Below are positions 25,926 through 38,807 of a stretch of DNA of 64,000 nt, in pieces. The DNA comes from Tubulanus polymorphus (Eukaryota; Animalia; Nemertea). Position numbers and translations under genes: made by a program. The notes under the pieces were generated by a model. That model saw only the letters and a list, made by a program, of their open reading frames with translations. It had not been told where the DNA came from and ran no database searches. The DNA lies in contig NC_134033.1 of assembly GCF_964204645.1 (NCBI RefSeq), forward strand, positions 8,502,655-8,566,654. Reading direction: 5' to 3'. The number at the start of each line of letters is the position of its first letter. The first letter of the stretch is position 1.

Positions 25926-28454
25926 TGTCATAGCCACGGAATATAGCTGAATGATTAAACTTCCAATTTTTGAAAGAGGCGGTCCACTGTGTTGGGTCAT
26001 TTTTGGGTGGTCCAAAAGTACCCCCTAAAAGTAAGAATACTCACCGTTTTGTGTTAGATAGTCCACGAGGGCACTGCTCAAATTGGTCGGAGGGTAAATA
26101 GTTTCTATATCTAAAGAAACCGTAAATCACCAACCGCTCAACCAAAAACAACCACCGCGCTGGCCAGATGCAACAGAGCCGCATACAGATACGTATGGTC
26201 CGATACTACTAGCGTTGACTGCAGCCGGGCAGTAAGAATTGCATCCGAGAAATCTAACCCCGAATATTCAAAACCGATCGATTCCTTACCGCGCGAGTTA
26301 CAGCATGTGATCATATCGCCGGAGGAACCGCTACATGCTTATAAGCCCAATCCGACTGGGCCACAAACCGACGACGTTAAGACAAAAGTGAGCGTTTCGA
26401 TTAGATTAGCAAAGGCTGTTCTTAACGAAAGCCTGATGGAACAATATGAACACGCAGAGCTAGATAGAAATCCAAACGGCTAGAAATATCGTGTTCAAAT
26501 GTATGGTGGTCTCTAATCTAAAATTAACTGTAAAAAATTTATCTCTGAGTGTAAATATGCTGATATACTAATATTTACTGAAACTAAATTGACTGCTCTA
26601 GATGAAATATGGGTTTCCAATTTTTTTGAATCACTTGTTTTTCACGTTGTTGTTTTAATCACTCAAATAAGGGTACCAGAAAATCTGGTGGAATATTCAT
26701 AGCATTTAAAACTGGAAGTCACATTTATACATCAAGTTAAGAAAACTAGTGATATAATACAGTGGATCAAGATATCAAAACATTTAAGAGTTTTTACATG
26801 AGGGGTACCTTATCCCAACCGAGTCTAGTAAATTTAATGGCCCTCATCTTTTTGATGAATTAAGTACCGATATAACCCAATTGTTTCCACAAAACGAGTG
26901 TCATATTTGTATTTGTGGAGATCTAAATGCACACACCAAAGAAATGCAAGACTTCGCTTTCTACTTCGAAAGGTTTGAAGCTGAGGACTTCTTTAACAAA
27001 TCCAATGTAGATATTTCTAATTTGAAAGCAGATATTCTGCTTGAGCCTCTCAACAAAGATTACACGTTCATTTTTGGGGTTATTGCCTGTCTGATTTCTG
27101 CAAAACTCACGGGTTACTTATTGCAAATGCCCGAATTGGTAAGGATAGAGGTGTCGGTGCTTATACATGTCTTAAAGGGTATAGCCAGCGTCATATGGAT
27201 ACGTCATAGATTACTTCATTGTCTCGCCCCACATCCTAAAATGTGCCGAGTTCGAAGTCAAAAGAGTTTAACATGTTTTCGGATGTGCACTGCCCAATTA
27301 AGTGTGTTCTAAATACATTAGACCGTATCGAGTGAAAGGTTCCCCCTCATTTTAACAATAAAAAGGAATAGAGAGAAGTATCCCGTGAACCAGGCAATTT
27401 GAGAATCTTTTCCTCAGAAATCTTAGATGATATATCAGATATATCACTGAATAAAATTGACCGTAATGTTGCGAATGAGTGGTTATGTGAACACTTGGTC
27501 GAAGCAACTGAAGCGTCAATGGGTAGGTTAAAAATCAACAACAAGGGTTAAGAAGTACACAAAGCAAGGACTCGATATTCTATAATGCAAATGTAAAACT
27601 GAATCAGAGAAACTTTAGAAGAGCGAAATGACGCTATCGATTTAGCAAAACTAATACTAATCGTATTAATGTTAATGATGCCTCCAAAGGGTATAAACGA
27701 TCACTGAAATGGAGGAAGCTAGAACTGGCAAAATTACATAACCAGGCACTGATGAGATCAATGAAAAATAAGAACCCAAAATATTATTTCTAAATATTTC
27801 AAAATACCGAGTAGTTCTGACTGTAAAGCTTCTCTTGAAGATCTCTTCCACCATTTTAGTCACTTAAATGACAATATAGATGAGAGTTGTTCAGAAGAAC
27901 AAAATATATCTAACCTATCTGTTGATGACTTGAATAAGGATATAGACCGAAGCAAAAACCCCCTGAACCAGAACCAAGCGGGCTTCCGGAAGAAGCATAG
28001 TATCAGAACTAGTAAAAGTATAGTATCAACGACCATATTTCTTTAAAACAATTGTGGACCTTTTCTTGAAAGACAATAGAGAGTTGTACTGTGAATTTAT
28101 TGACTATATTAAGGCATTCGACACTGTATGGAGGAGAACAATGTATAGCAATATAAAATCTGTATTAAAATTTAGGAGGCAAATTCAGAATCTTTTCAAA
28201 ATAATCTTGGTTTAAGACAAAGAGAAAATTTATCGCCGGTGCTCTTCTACATATGTGTCAATGACCTCGAAGAATACATATATCAAAATAGTTGCTCATC
28301 TATTAATTTCCCTGTAAATGATATGTGGCTCTGGCTCTTAGCATTATTGTATGCAGACGATACCATTTTGATAGCTGAAAGTGCAGCTAATCTGCAGCAG
28401 ATGCTTGATGTAACGGCTAGTTATTGTATGATTGTGGAAACTAATTATCATTAC

Positions 28455-29324
28455 CAGAGATGCTAGTTTTCCGGAAATATCCGGAATTCCGGAAATTTAG
28501 GATCGCCGATGTCAATTCCGGAAATTGGGTGAGAATTCCTCGCAGCGACCAGTAATGGCACGCACCGTAAAAGCGTTCGTTTGCTTGTACTCGTCGTCGC
28601 TTCTGTGTTATTTTATCTTGGTCTCTGTTTCCGAGGACGTTCTGCTACAATGTATATATGTGTGCTTGTTGTGGTATCTGTGCGTGCGTAGGCGGAGCGC
28701 CTCTGTTGTGACGCCATTTCCAATTAAAAGTCAATTATCTTTACGCGCCGTTGTACATCGTCCTGCTGACGGCCAACAATGTGAAGATGCACGTGGTAAT
28801 AATTAAGATGATATCTAATAAATATCATCTTAATTATTATCACGTGCATGCTATGTCCTGAGACACGCAGCTTTATAACTTTCTTATTGCCTGCAGCTGT
28901 CAAGCGGGACGGTCTGCAAAATGAGCACGCACGGAAAGATTGTCAGTCGGGAGTCGGCCGATATAAGGGCAATTGACAGCGGTATAAAAAATAAATTTAA
29001 CTGGCACTGGCTAGAGGGTAAGGACAGTAATGGGGACTACTTATCGAACTACATTCGTAAGTTAGACTTAGCTGGCGTGGCGTACTGCGTCGTTTGTAAA
29101 GACCAGGTCAAATACGGTAATTGCGGGAAAAAAGATATTCTTCGTCACCCAGATAGCGCGCGGCATAAGCAGCGAGGGATGTGAAGCACAACGAATGTCT
29201 GCCGTCGTATTTTCAGATACCCAGATCGCTCTAGAACGCATTTCCGGCGATGCAAAAACACAAAAATACCCCCATTCTAAATTTTGAATTTCGGAATTTT
29301 GGTACTTTGGCCCTAGCATCTCTG
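28455..29324 (+). mobile_element. Internally deleted hAT-like element with 6-bp TSD, retaining a transposase N-terminus
   Basis: Perfect TIR CAGAGATGCTAG, TSD CATTAC; ORF 28921..29184 has a BED-finger-like W..CxxC..HxxxxxH pattern. Confidence 0.85.
28921..29184 (+). pseudogene. Truncated transposase N-terminus (BED/C2H2-like zinc finger)
   Basis: KNKFNWHWLE...AYCVVCKDQVKYGNCGKKDILRHPDSARHK, inside a TIR-bounded element. Confidence 0.65.
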
Positions 29325-29535
29325 CATTACCGATAAAACGAAAGTGATGATATTCGGAAAGAAGCTCAGAGCGTTACCCAACTTTTTACGTAGACGGAAA
29401 TGAAATAGAAACTGTTAAGATATTCGATACCTAAGGATAATATTTAACTACACTGGGTCGTTTAGTAAGTGTAAGGAAAGTATTTGTGAACATGCCAAGG
29501 AAAGTCTTTTTTTGTACTTAAAAAGGTGAAAGAAC

Positions 29536-31390
29536 CAGGGCTGCCAATGTCTCCGATTTCGGAGGAGTTTGCTACGGTAAAGCCAATCAAAAATTCAGAG
29601 CAGAATATACGTCCAAGTATCCGTGCATTGTTCCATCTCATTTCCATATCAAATAGTTAAAGGTATTTTTTGATAGCAATGATAGCAATAATGCGTAAAT
29701 CTAATGTGTGTATATTTCTTTGTGAAGGAGAGTTTGACAATCAATTTTTTAATAAATACAAACAGAATTTTATCATTATTTCGTGTTTTCTTGGTATTAT
29801 CTGGTCGTTTCGGCTGCTACTGAGTATCAATGATTTGCTACTATCACTAGAATGTTTGATTTTGCCCTGCTTCTGACTGAAATAAGAAAACTACTATCAA
29901 AATTGTATTGTGTTACTACAAGAAAAATTGTTAAAGGGTAACTGAAACTTTTTTAAAGATTTTCTACTTTTTACACTAAACGATATATTATAGTATACAA
30001 TAAGGCTAGGTGATTTCATAATTGGAAAAATCTTTTCAATCTAGTCAGAATTGATGATTTTGACGTTCGCGCACCTGTTCAGTGTATACATTGCTTCTGC
30101 TGAACGCGTGGTACTGTGTCTATTAATAGAACTACGTCACTCGCAAATGATGTCTATAGAAATGAATAGGAAATAAGCTACAAGAGCAATTCAACTTAAT
30201 TTTATACCTATTTGGCATTCGAATTGAGACAAAATGCCTCTTGATTTTGAAAGTCTACATATTAATGATTATAATTAGCTGTTGAACGGACCATATCCGT
30301 TCAAACTTAAGCTCAAAAATAGGATTTGAATAGCAATCCAAGGCATTTTCTAGTAGACAGCAAGGAACACGGATGTTTAAATCATCGTTTTGTATTATCA
30401 TTTAGTGAGAGTAAGTAAGATCATGGTTAGATCTAAGAATATTTTGACTTATGAACTGATGAAACTTACAGAATTAGCTGCAAGAACAATTTCAATTCTT
30501 CTTGAAATATACCTCGTATTGGTAGCGGCTTTGGTCACAAAATTAGAATATTTCCTCATCCATCCTATTTTAAAACTTAGAAATAATGTTTGTGAAAGAT
30601 TTGTGATGTAATCTATCAAAACTCTTCTGCAGCGTGTAACTTTAATCGAAAAACATTATTCCTTTGAATATTTGTTGTAAAGGCTGTAGAAATTTATGAA
30701 AGTTTTTGTAGAGTTTTGAAGTGTTAGTTTTCAAACTACTTAGTCTTAAATTACTATGAAAAATAGTAAATAGTAAACGAATATGAATCTATTTATTCTT
30801 TAGCGAGATCGAAATCTGTGATCGCTTATAAGACACTGTGCTTGTGGTGCTGAACTATAGGTGAACTATGGAGCAGCAGTAACAGTGCTGAGAGCTGAGC
30901 ATAGTGTACTTTAATAGCTCCATAGCAGCGGATTGAAATCTGCATCTTCAATTTGATCGATTTAGCCTATTCAAATTACTCATTGATTCTTTGAAGTAGG
31001 TTTCATTGATTCTTTGAAGTAGGTTTATGCAATAGACAATAGATCCTTTTACCTCCCTGGCCAGTTTAAAAGCTGTAAAACAATCTGGCATTGAGATATA
31101 ACAGAAAATACACGCAGTTTCCTCAAAATTCAACGCATTTCTATAGACGCTATTTCTCAGCTCTGCCTGTAATGACGTTGCAGCGCGCACCTGCTGATTT
31201 AGCCGACGCTGAACAGTTAGCGATGTAAACAACGAAATGAGGTCAAAAATCTTGTTACAAAATCACAAATTGCGCGTAAACTAAACATTTTGGAACAGAA
31301 CGGTTGAATATGAGTGTATAGATCAATAGAATACATCATATTTTGAAATAAAAAAAAAAGTGTCAGTTACCCTTTAAGTTGGCAGGTCTG
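29536..31390. mobile_element. hAT-like MITE with 6-bp TSD, containing a Kolobok-type insertion
   Basis: CAGGGCTGCCAA ... TTGGCAGGTCTG, flanked by AAGAAC. Confidence 0.75.
29935..31373. mobile_element. Kolobok-type non-autonomous element
   Basis: TTAA|AGGGTAACTGA ... TCAGTTACCCT|TTAA. Confidence 0.75.
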
Positions 31391-31929
31391 AAGAACCGTT
31401 AAAGGATCTGGATGTAGCTCCTATATTATTTGACTCTATGTTTGCACCAATTCTAACTTTTTGTTTATACTCAAACTCAAGCGGTCAACTCCAAATGGTA
31501 TGACTAGGTTGTTTCCCCCTTTGAAATAATAGGGAAAAAATATTCATTCTGGGGACATATTCTATTTTTCAAAACCATTTATTTCTCATTTTTTTGCATA
31601 ATTTTCGCCAATTTCATCTATTTGGGGGCCCTTCTTGACCCCCGTGGACAGATGATATGAATGACACTCAAACTAGCAGCAGTTTTACATACTAAAAGGA
31701 CCTACTATTGATGTCCAACTATTTATTTGCTCTTCCCTTATCAAATTACTGAGCTACAGCACTTCCAAAAAAAAAACACAAAGTTAAATGACATCACTTC
31801 AGACGTTTTTCTAAAAAAAAAGTCGACATTGAAAGGGTTACCATTTTAGATGAAAGGCGAGTGAATGAGTGTGGTATTTCAGAGTATTGTATCTGATAGA
31901 TGCTAGAGAGTCTGTCTGATTAGCATTGA

Positions 31930-32220
31930 ACAATGTATAGAGCATTTGGCATTAGAAAGAAATCAGCATTGCAACGGATCATCGAAGATGAAAAGGCAAT
32001 GAAGGACTGTTCAAAGGCATTCTCTGTCCCAGAGCATAGTCGGTATGTGGAAACCAATGGCTGTAGGGCAATGGTGGCATTGTTCAATGCTAATGAGATG
32101 AATCGATCAGATACAGTACAATATGTTCTGCAAGAAAGTAGCTAAAACATGTATTAAGCCTGAATGACTCCCAATAACCACCACGGTCTGTAAATTTCAT
32201 TCTCTGCTGAGTTACTTACT
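31930..32220 (+). pseudogene. Fragment resembling the C-terminal domain of animal EnSpm/CACTA-type transposon proteins
   Basis: AFGIRKKSA...QYNMFCKKV...PE*LPIT...KFHSL resembles the GIGKK...RY..FC.KV...LPPT...FHS motif series; recognised from memory only. Confidence 0.4.
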
Positions 32221-32483
32221 ACCATTTCATTTAGAGAGTAAATTTCCATTTCAAATTGCATTTGTATGCTCATTCAAAACGGAGGCACCTACTAAAAAGG
32301 TATAAAACTGTATCAGCTCCTTATTTCAAAATGTTCTTTGAAATTTGTATGCTTAGTTATATAATTATCAAAACGGTTTTCTTTCCGTTTTCCATTTCAA
32401 TTTGCTTAGTAACACTGGATCTTCTGTAATAGTCTTAAAAATTACTTTCAAATAAATTTCAATTTGGAAGATTTGACTAGATA

Positions 32484-32990
32484 CCGTATTTTCCGGCTAA
32501 TAAGCCGATTTTCTAGCCTCAGATTTTTACCCACAAATATGATCGGCTAATTGGACGGATAGGATCTGACCTAAATAATTACTTCCCCAACTATGTCACT
32601 CTAATGCTCCTGAAGATCATCAAAATCAAAAAGAGTGTTCCATATTTATTTGAGGTTATTATTTACTACCAGTAATCTATTTAGAACTATTTGTAACTTT
32701 GTTTATTTCATCACCTCACAGCTGTAATACTACGTCTACACATCAGCAGTCTGCCCGATGGTGCGAATATAGATTACAATCTATGGCTCTGGGTTTAATA
32801 ATCACCTGAGCGAGTCAGTCTATATATTGCACAGGGACTCGGCGATGATAGTATACACGGCACTCTCACACATTGGCAGGCGCATATTGTCAGTCTCGAA
32901 CGTAGATTGTCAATTAAGACAAACTGATTAACAAATCACTGAATTAAAATCACCTGATGAAGGGTCTCAGCTTATTGGGCGAAGCATTAA
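32484..32990. mobile_element. Tc2/pogo-type MITE, left part
   Basis: TA|CCGTATTTTCCGGCTAATAAGCC; internal similarity to 52790-53065, which carries the right end. Confidence 0.55.
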
Positions 32991-33054
32991 GGGGTTGCCA
33001 TTGCTTGATAGGAAATGATTGTTGAACCGGGTCCACATCCACCTTCTCTTTAAG

Positions 33055-33245
33055 TGCCGTCAAAGAGCTGTCTGAAAGTTGGGGTACGTTCAATGCAAGT
33101 GGTACCACGGGTGTGAGAGCGGAAGAATTGCCGGTTCCAGTTCATGTTGACTCGTCAAAACTTCCGTTGACAACGAACGACAGTGGTGAACAGATAATGA
33201 GAATGTACTGGCTCGATGCTTATGAGGACCCTTATAAACAACCAG
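33055..33245 (+). CDS. POLA1: POLA1 coding exon
   Basis: ttaag|T GCC...CCA G|gtaaat; [33 protein letters not shown]. The 5' boundary (AAG acceptor) is less certain. Confidence 0.92.
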
Positions 33246-33458
33246 GTAAATTCTTGTGTTAAACCTTTCACTACAGATAGTTTCCCGAAGGGTTTTGGCC
33301 TCTAATAAAAGCAGAAATATGAAAGGTAATGTAAGGTCTTTCTTGTGTTATTACTGTTTACTTTGGTAAAATTTCTTTTCACATTCGATAGCACTTTCCA
33401 GAGGTTGGCAAATCTGTTCATCAAATCGCTAATGGTGTTTTGTTTGTTGGCATTTCAG

Positions 33459-33571
33459 GTGTAGTGTATCTGTTTGGCAAGGTTTATATTGAATCAGCCA
33501 AGTCACATGTATCATGTTGTGTGGCTGTTAAAAATATTGAGCGACGCGTTTACGTTTTACCTCGAGAACAC
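33459..33571 (+). CDS. POLA1: POLA1 coding exon
   Basis: ttcag|GT GTA...CAC|gtaaga; [38 protein letters not shown]. Confidence 0.97.
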
Positions 33572-34546
33572 GTAAGATTTCTTTTCAATCTCCACAAGAG
33601 GTGTTTTTTACTCAAGCTCTTTAATTTCAGCTGCTAAAAGAATTATAATTTTCAATTCTCCCATCGGCAGGATTCAACTTCCATGGCACAAGTTACTGTC
33701 AGTATTAGCAATCAAAATTGCATAATAAAAAAAACTTGATTCTAATAATATGATCCATTTTCCCAAAAATAGTAATCAAACAATGGTAATGACAAGGTTA
33801 CTATGTGATACCATAGCTGAGAAGCTAAAATATGATTTGTGACTTTGATTTTTTGGGAGAAACCTAGGTGAAGATTTGCTGTGAAATTAGATTGAAACAA
33901 CTAATGGCGCAGTATGCATTTATATAAATCAGAGCAAGGGTAGACTACCAGGGGCGGATACAAGGGGCCCATGTGACTCCTTAAATTTGTCTAGTGCCCT
34001 TATCAAAAATGTACTGTCTAAAAATACCATCCTGCTTCAGCATCCAACCACAAACAGTCCGAATTCTGTGAATTCCATGTGCTTCATAAAACATCCAGCA
34101 TCTCCGCTAGCTGGCATTTGGAAGATTCCATATACTTGAACAACAGCACTTTCAGTGGTGGATTCTATGGTCTAAATTTTCTTTAGAAAGGAGACCATTC
34201 ATTACAGGTTCTTCTTTTAAAAATCGTGAATTTTTTCAAAAAAAATTCTAAAAAGCACACGACTTTTTGGTTTACCCTTGTTAGCAATATTGAAGTTGGC
34301 ATTGAGGCAATTATGTAAAATCATCAATTATGTTTTTTCATGTGAGCATTTGTTTCATTGGTTTTCGGCCTAAACGATGTATAATCAATGCGATCGAAGA
34401 CATGGCAAACCTCCGTCGAAGACTTGGCCAACTTTGTTAAAATTCTATGAAAAACTGTTTTTGATGGAAACATTTTTAGCTCTTGCGTATAAAATTGCAA
34501 TGACCTGGATTGGGGGACTTTGTCTCTACGAGCGAATGTGATTGGA

Positions 34547-35720
34547 TTTTTGGTTTACCTTTGTCAAAAGTATGGCACTGAGCCAATTCATGTAAAATCG
34601 CGGTACGTTTTTTTATGTGAGAATTTTTTCATTGGTTCTCTGGTGAAACGACATATAATCGATGCGATTGAAGACATGATGAACCTCCGTCGATGACATG
34701 GTCAACTTTGTTTGAATTCGACGAAAAACTGTTTTTGGCGGGAATAAAATTTTGCTCTTGCATATAAAATTGCAATGACCTTGATTGGGGGCCGTCGTCC
34801 CTACGAGCGAATGTGATTGGCTGTTTTTGGGATATACGGGAATTCCGGCGCTACTAAAATAATCATGGGAAAGCCATTAATGGCGAACGTTTCATTGGAC
34901 TGGTGCCGTATATGTGCGAATTTTAAATGATCATTGCTGGTGAGAATATAATTATTTCACATATTGCCATAGGTATTGTTTCATTTTAAAACCCGGTGAT
35001 TGGTGATTGAGATTGAAGTGAAGCGAACATTCACTACACAAGGCCTCCACTTGCGCAAGAGTGCTAAACATTAGACTGTTGCACACACAAACACACGCTC
35101 ATACAGACTACTATATGGTGATGCTGTAACGCTGCTTAACGCGTGCACGTTTGGTATGATAACAGGCTGAATAATCGTCGTAGCAGAAGATGAGTGCTGT
35201 GTTTTCTGTTTGAAAGAATTTGTAATAAATTGTAATCTCTTGTGACCTGAAAATACTAAGCAGCAAACTATAGGTATAGGTAGAGGTCTGAATATTGTAG
35301 TGGTAAATTCCAGGATTTAAAACGATCTAATACTACGCCCCGGTGTTTTAGCTTCCGCGGCCATGCATTGGAAGTGGTTTCGTTCCCAAGACTCAATATT
35401 CAGCCACCCTCTGATATGTGACATCATATGAATTTTATTTGAATATTTTTTCATATTGTGAAAAATATTTTTTTGAAAATATAAAATAGTTTCCCTGCCG
35501 CGCCTGCCTGTACCCTACGAAATTTTGGACGTAGACCATAAACAAATGTTTATCTTTGGTCTTATTTGACTACAAAATAATACTGTAAGAAAGATAAAAT
35601 ACAATATAAACTTCTAGAACTTTGAAGTCACGAATTGATAAGATTTTTCAAGCAATGCCCTTACTCCAAACAACCTCTAGCTTTCAAGGTAAACCACGCT
35701 TTGCCCATGGGCAATTTATT
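34547..35720 (+). mobile_element. HINE family B, full copy inserted in another family B copy (34264-34546 / 35721-36300 / 42284-42868)
   Basis: T-run + GGTTTACCTTTG ... CAAGGTAAACC + TTGCCCATGGGCAA; the outer copy resumes exactly at tgggatatacgggg. Confidence 0.78.
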
Positions 35721-35914
35721 TTGGGATATACGGGGAATTCTGGCGCTGCTAAAATGATAATAGGAATGCCAAAATGGCGAACGTTTCATTGGACTAGGTG
35801 CTGTACGCTTGCGAATTGCAAATGCTCATTGCTGGTGAGAATATCATTATTTCACATATCTGCCATGCGTATTGTTTCATTTTAATACCCGATGATTGTT
35901 TTCATTGACATTGA

Positions 35915-36237
35915 CATGGTTCCCACAGAACAGGGAAATTGGGAAAAACTTGGGAATTTTGAAATAATAATTCCCGGTTTGGAAATATTTGGGAATTTGA
36001 AAAATTTTCCTCAAATCAGGGAAATATTTGGGAAATTCATTACATTTCACATGTTGCATTTGTCAAGGGCAACTTTCTTCAGCAATTTCCCTTGAAAAAC
36101 ACCTTTATCAAACAGTCACCACTAAAATGTTGACTGTAGCATGACGATATGTGTTCATTTCCATTTGGGAGAATTGAAAAATCACCCATAAAATACTTGG
36201 GAAAAACTTGGGAATTCATATAACTGTGGGAACCATG
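35915..36237. mobile_element. hAT-like MITE
   Basis: Perfect 14-bp TIR CATGGTTCCCACAG; flanks CATTGA/CTTTGA (6 bp, 1 mismatch). Confidence 0.72.
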
Positions 36238-36440
36238 CTTTGAAGTGTAAGCAAGCATTCACTTACACATAAGGCCTCCGAGTGCGCGTGAGCGCTAATC
36301 GACCGTTTATCTTGTTCACATGTAGACCACAACTGACATCATCAGCAACGTTAAACTCGGACGGACCGTGACCATGCCATTTTCAATCGGTCTTAGTAAC
36401 AATCTCTCCAACCCGTGTCGCGACAAATGTCTTATACATG

Positions 36441-38807
36441 TGACCCTCATTTTGAATCCACGAATACGCAATCATTGAATCTGTGAAACTGTAAACATTT
36501 GCAATGTTGAGAAGCGATTCAATTTTGATAGTTTCACAGATCCTACTACCGAGTACTATCGCTTGTAATTCTTGACGAAGTAGACTGACAGTATGCAGTG
36601 GCGGTACTTTCGACTTTGCCATGACGAATCTAAAATGAACTCTGTTTGACAATTCCCAACGTAAATACGCAACTGCGCCAAATGCACCCTTAGATGCATC
36701 ACAGAAAATTACCAAGTCAGGTTGTTCTGAGGTTACGCCATCTGGTGTTAAAAAACGGCCAAACTGGTAATCCTTAAGAGTGCGAACTTCGTCTAGTAAC
36801 TCAAGCCATTTTTTCTCGATGACGGGAGGGAGTGGATCATCCCATCCCTTATTACGACGCCAGATATCTTGGATCAGGATTTTTCCGCAAATAGTCACTG
36901 GTGCCCCGAATCCGAATATATCGTATATGCCGCATAGTATTGCTGTGACATTTCGTTCTGTTAATGGCAATTTTACGCTTTGTGGACTAGACATATTTAG
37001 GCCGCGAGCGGGGGACTTGGTATCCGCCTCTGTCCGTCCGACTGTATGAGCTTGTGAACGCGATTCAAGAAGAACCGTTGATCGCAGGACTATGATATTA
37101 CACAGTATGATTACCCCTAGGGAGAGGATGTGCCCTATTGATTTTGGGGTCCAAGGACCAAAGGTCAAGGTCACTACGCGTCATTCATGTGAAACCTTGT
37201 GAACGTGATTCAAGAAGAACTGTCGATAGCAGGACTATGATATTATGTATTATGATTACCCCTAGGGAGAGGATGTGCCCTATTGATTTTGGGGTCCAAG
37301 GCCCAAAGGTCAAGGTCACTACAGGTCATTCATGTGAAAGCTTGTGAATGTCATTCAAGAAGAACCGTTGATAGCAGGACCATGATATTACGTAGTATGA
37401 TTACCCCTAGGGAGAGGATGTGCCCTATTGATTTTGGGGTTCAAGGACCAAAGGTCAAGGTCACTACAGGTCATACATGTGAAACCTTGTGAACGTCATT
37501 CAAGAAGAACCGTTGATAGCAGGACCATGATATTACGTAGTATGATTACCACTAGGGAGAGGATGTGCCCTATTGATTCTGGGCTCCAAGGATCAAAGGT
37601 GAAGGTCACTTCAGGTCATTCATTTTGACCCTCATTTTGAATCCACGAATACGCAATCATTGAATCTGTGAAACTGTAAACATTCGCAATGTTGAGAAGC
37701 GATTCAATTTTGATAGTTTCACAGATCCTACTACCGAGTACTATCGCTTGTAATTCTTGACGAAGTAGACTGACAGTATGCAGTGGCGGTACTTTCGACT
37801 TTGCCATGACGAATCTAAAATGAACTCTGTTTGACAATTCCCAACGTAAATACGCAACTGCGCCAAATGCACCCTTAGATGCATCACAGAAAATTACCAA
37901 GTCAGGTTGTTCTGAGGTTACGCCATCTGGTGTTAAAAAACGGCCAAACTGGTAATCCTTAAGAGTGCGAACTTCGTCTAGTAACTCAAGCCATTTTTTC
38001 TCGATGACGGGAGGGAGTGGATCATCCCATCCCTTATTACGACGCCAGATATCTTGGATCAGGATTTTTCCGCAAATAGTCACTGGTGCCCCGAATCCGA
38101 ATATATCGTATATGCCGCATAGTATTGCTGTGACATTTCGTTCTGTTAATGGCAATTTTACGCTTTGTGGACTAGACATATTTAGGCCGCGAGCGGGGGA
38201 CTTGGTATCCGCCTCTGTCCGTCCGACTGTATGAGCTTGTGAACGCGATTCAAGAAGAACCGTTGATCGCAGGACTATGATATTACACAGTATGATTACC
38301 CCTAGGGAGAGGATGTGCCCTATTGATTTTGGGGTCCAAGGACCAAAGGTCAAGGTCACTACGCGTCATTCATGTGAAACCTTGTGAACGTGATTCAAGA
38401 AGAACTGTCGATAGCAGGACTATGATATTATGTATTATGATTACCCCTAGGGAGAGGATGTGCCCTATTGATTTTGGGGTCCAAGGCCCAAAGGTCAAGG
38501 TCACTACAGGTCATTCATGTGAAAGCTTGTGAATGTCATTCAAGAAGAACCGTTGATAGCAGGACCATGATATTACGTAGTATGATTACCCCTAGGGAGA
38601 GGATGTGCCCTATTGATTTTGGGGTTCAAGGACCAAAGGTCAAGGTCACTACAGGTCATACATGTGAAACCTTGTGAACGTCATTCAAGAAGAACCGTTG
38701 ATAGCAGGACCATGATATTACGTAGTATGATTACCACTAGGGAGAGGATGTGCCCTATTGATTCTGGGCTCCAAGGATCAAAGGTGAAGGTCACTTCAGG
38801 TCATTCA
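36441..38807. repeat. 1185-bp near-perfect tandem duplication spanning a BEL/HINE junction
   Basis: 36441-37622 repeats at 37626-38807; ORF track offsets are exactly 1185; at least one difference (36500 T vs 37685 C). Confidence 0.93.

Larger units (their letters stand above)
26490..31460 (+). mobile_element. Degenerate CR1/L2-group LINE ORF2 (APE + RT), interrupted by DNA transposons
   Basis: APE motifs DILIFTETK and ICGDLNAHT (26881 ORF); RT motifs NQAGFRK, FIDYIKAFDTVW and LLYADDT (28239 ORF); tail LFDSM resumes after 31391; many stops and frameshifts. Confidence 0.82.

Noticed and set aside
32956-32985. CTGATGA...GAAG as a hammerhead (also 52955 and 9301)
   Set aside because: No proper stem II and/or no GAAA box.
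36383-38359. 263-aa and 247-aa minus-strand ORFs as novel paralogous genes
   Set aside because: They are chimeras of antisense HINE satellite and BEL RNase H, copied by the 1185-bp duplication.
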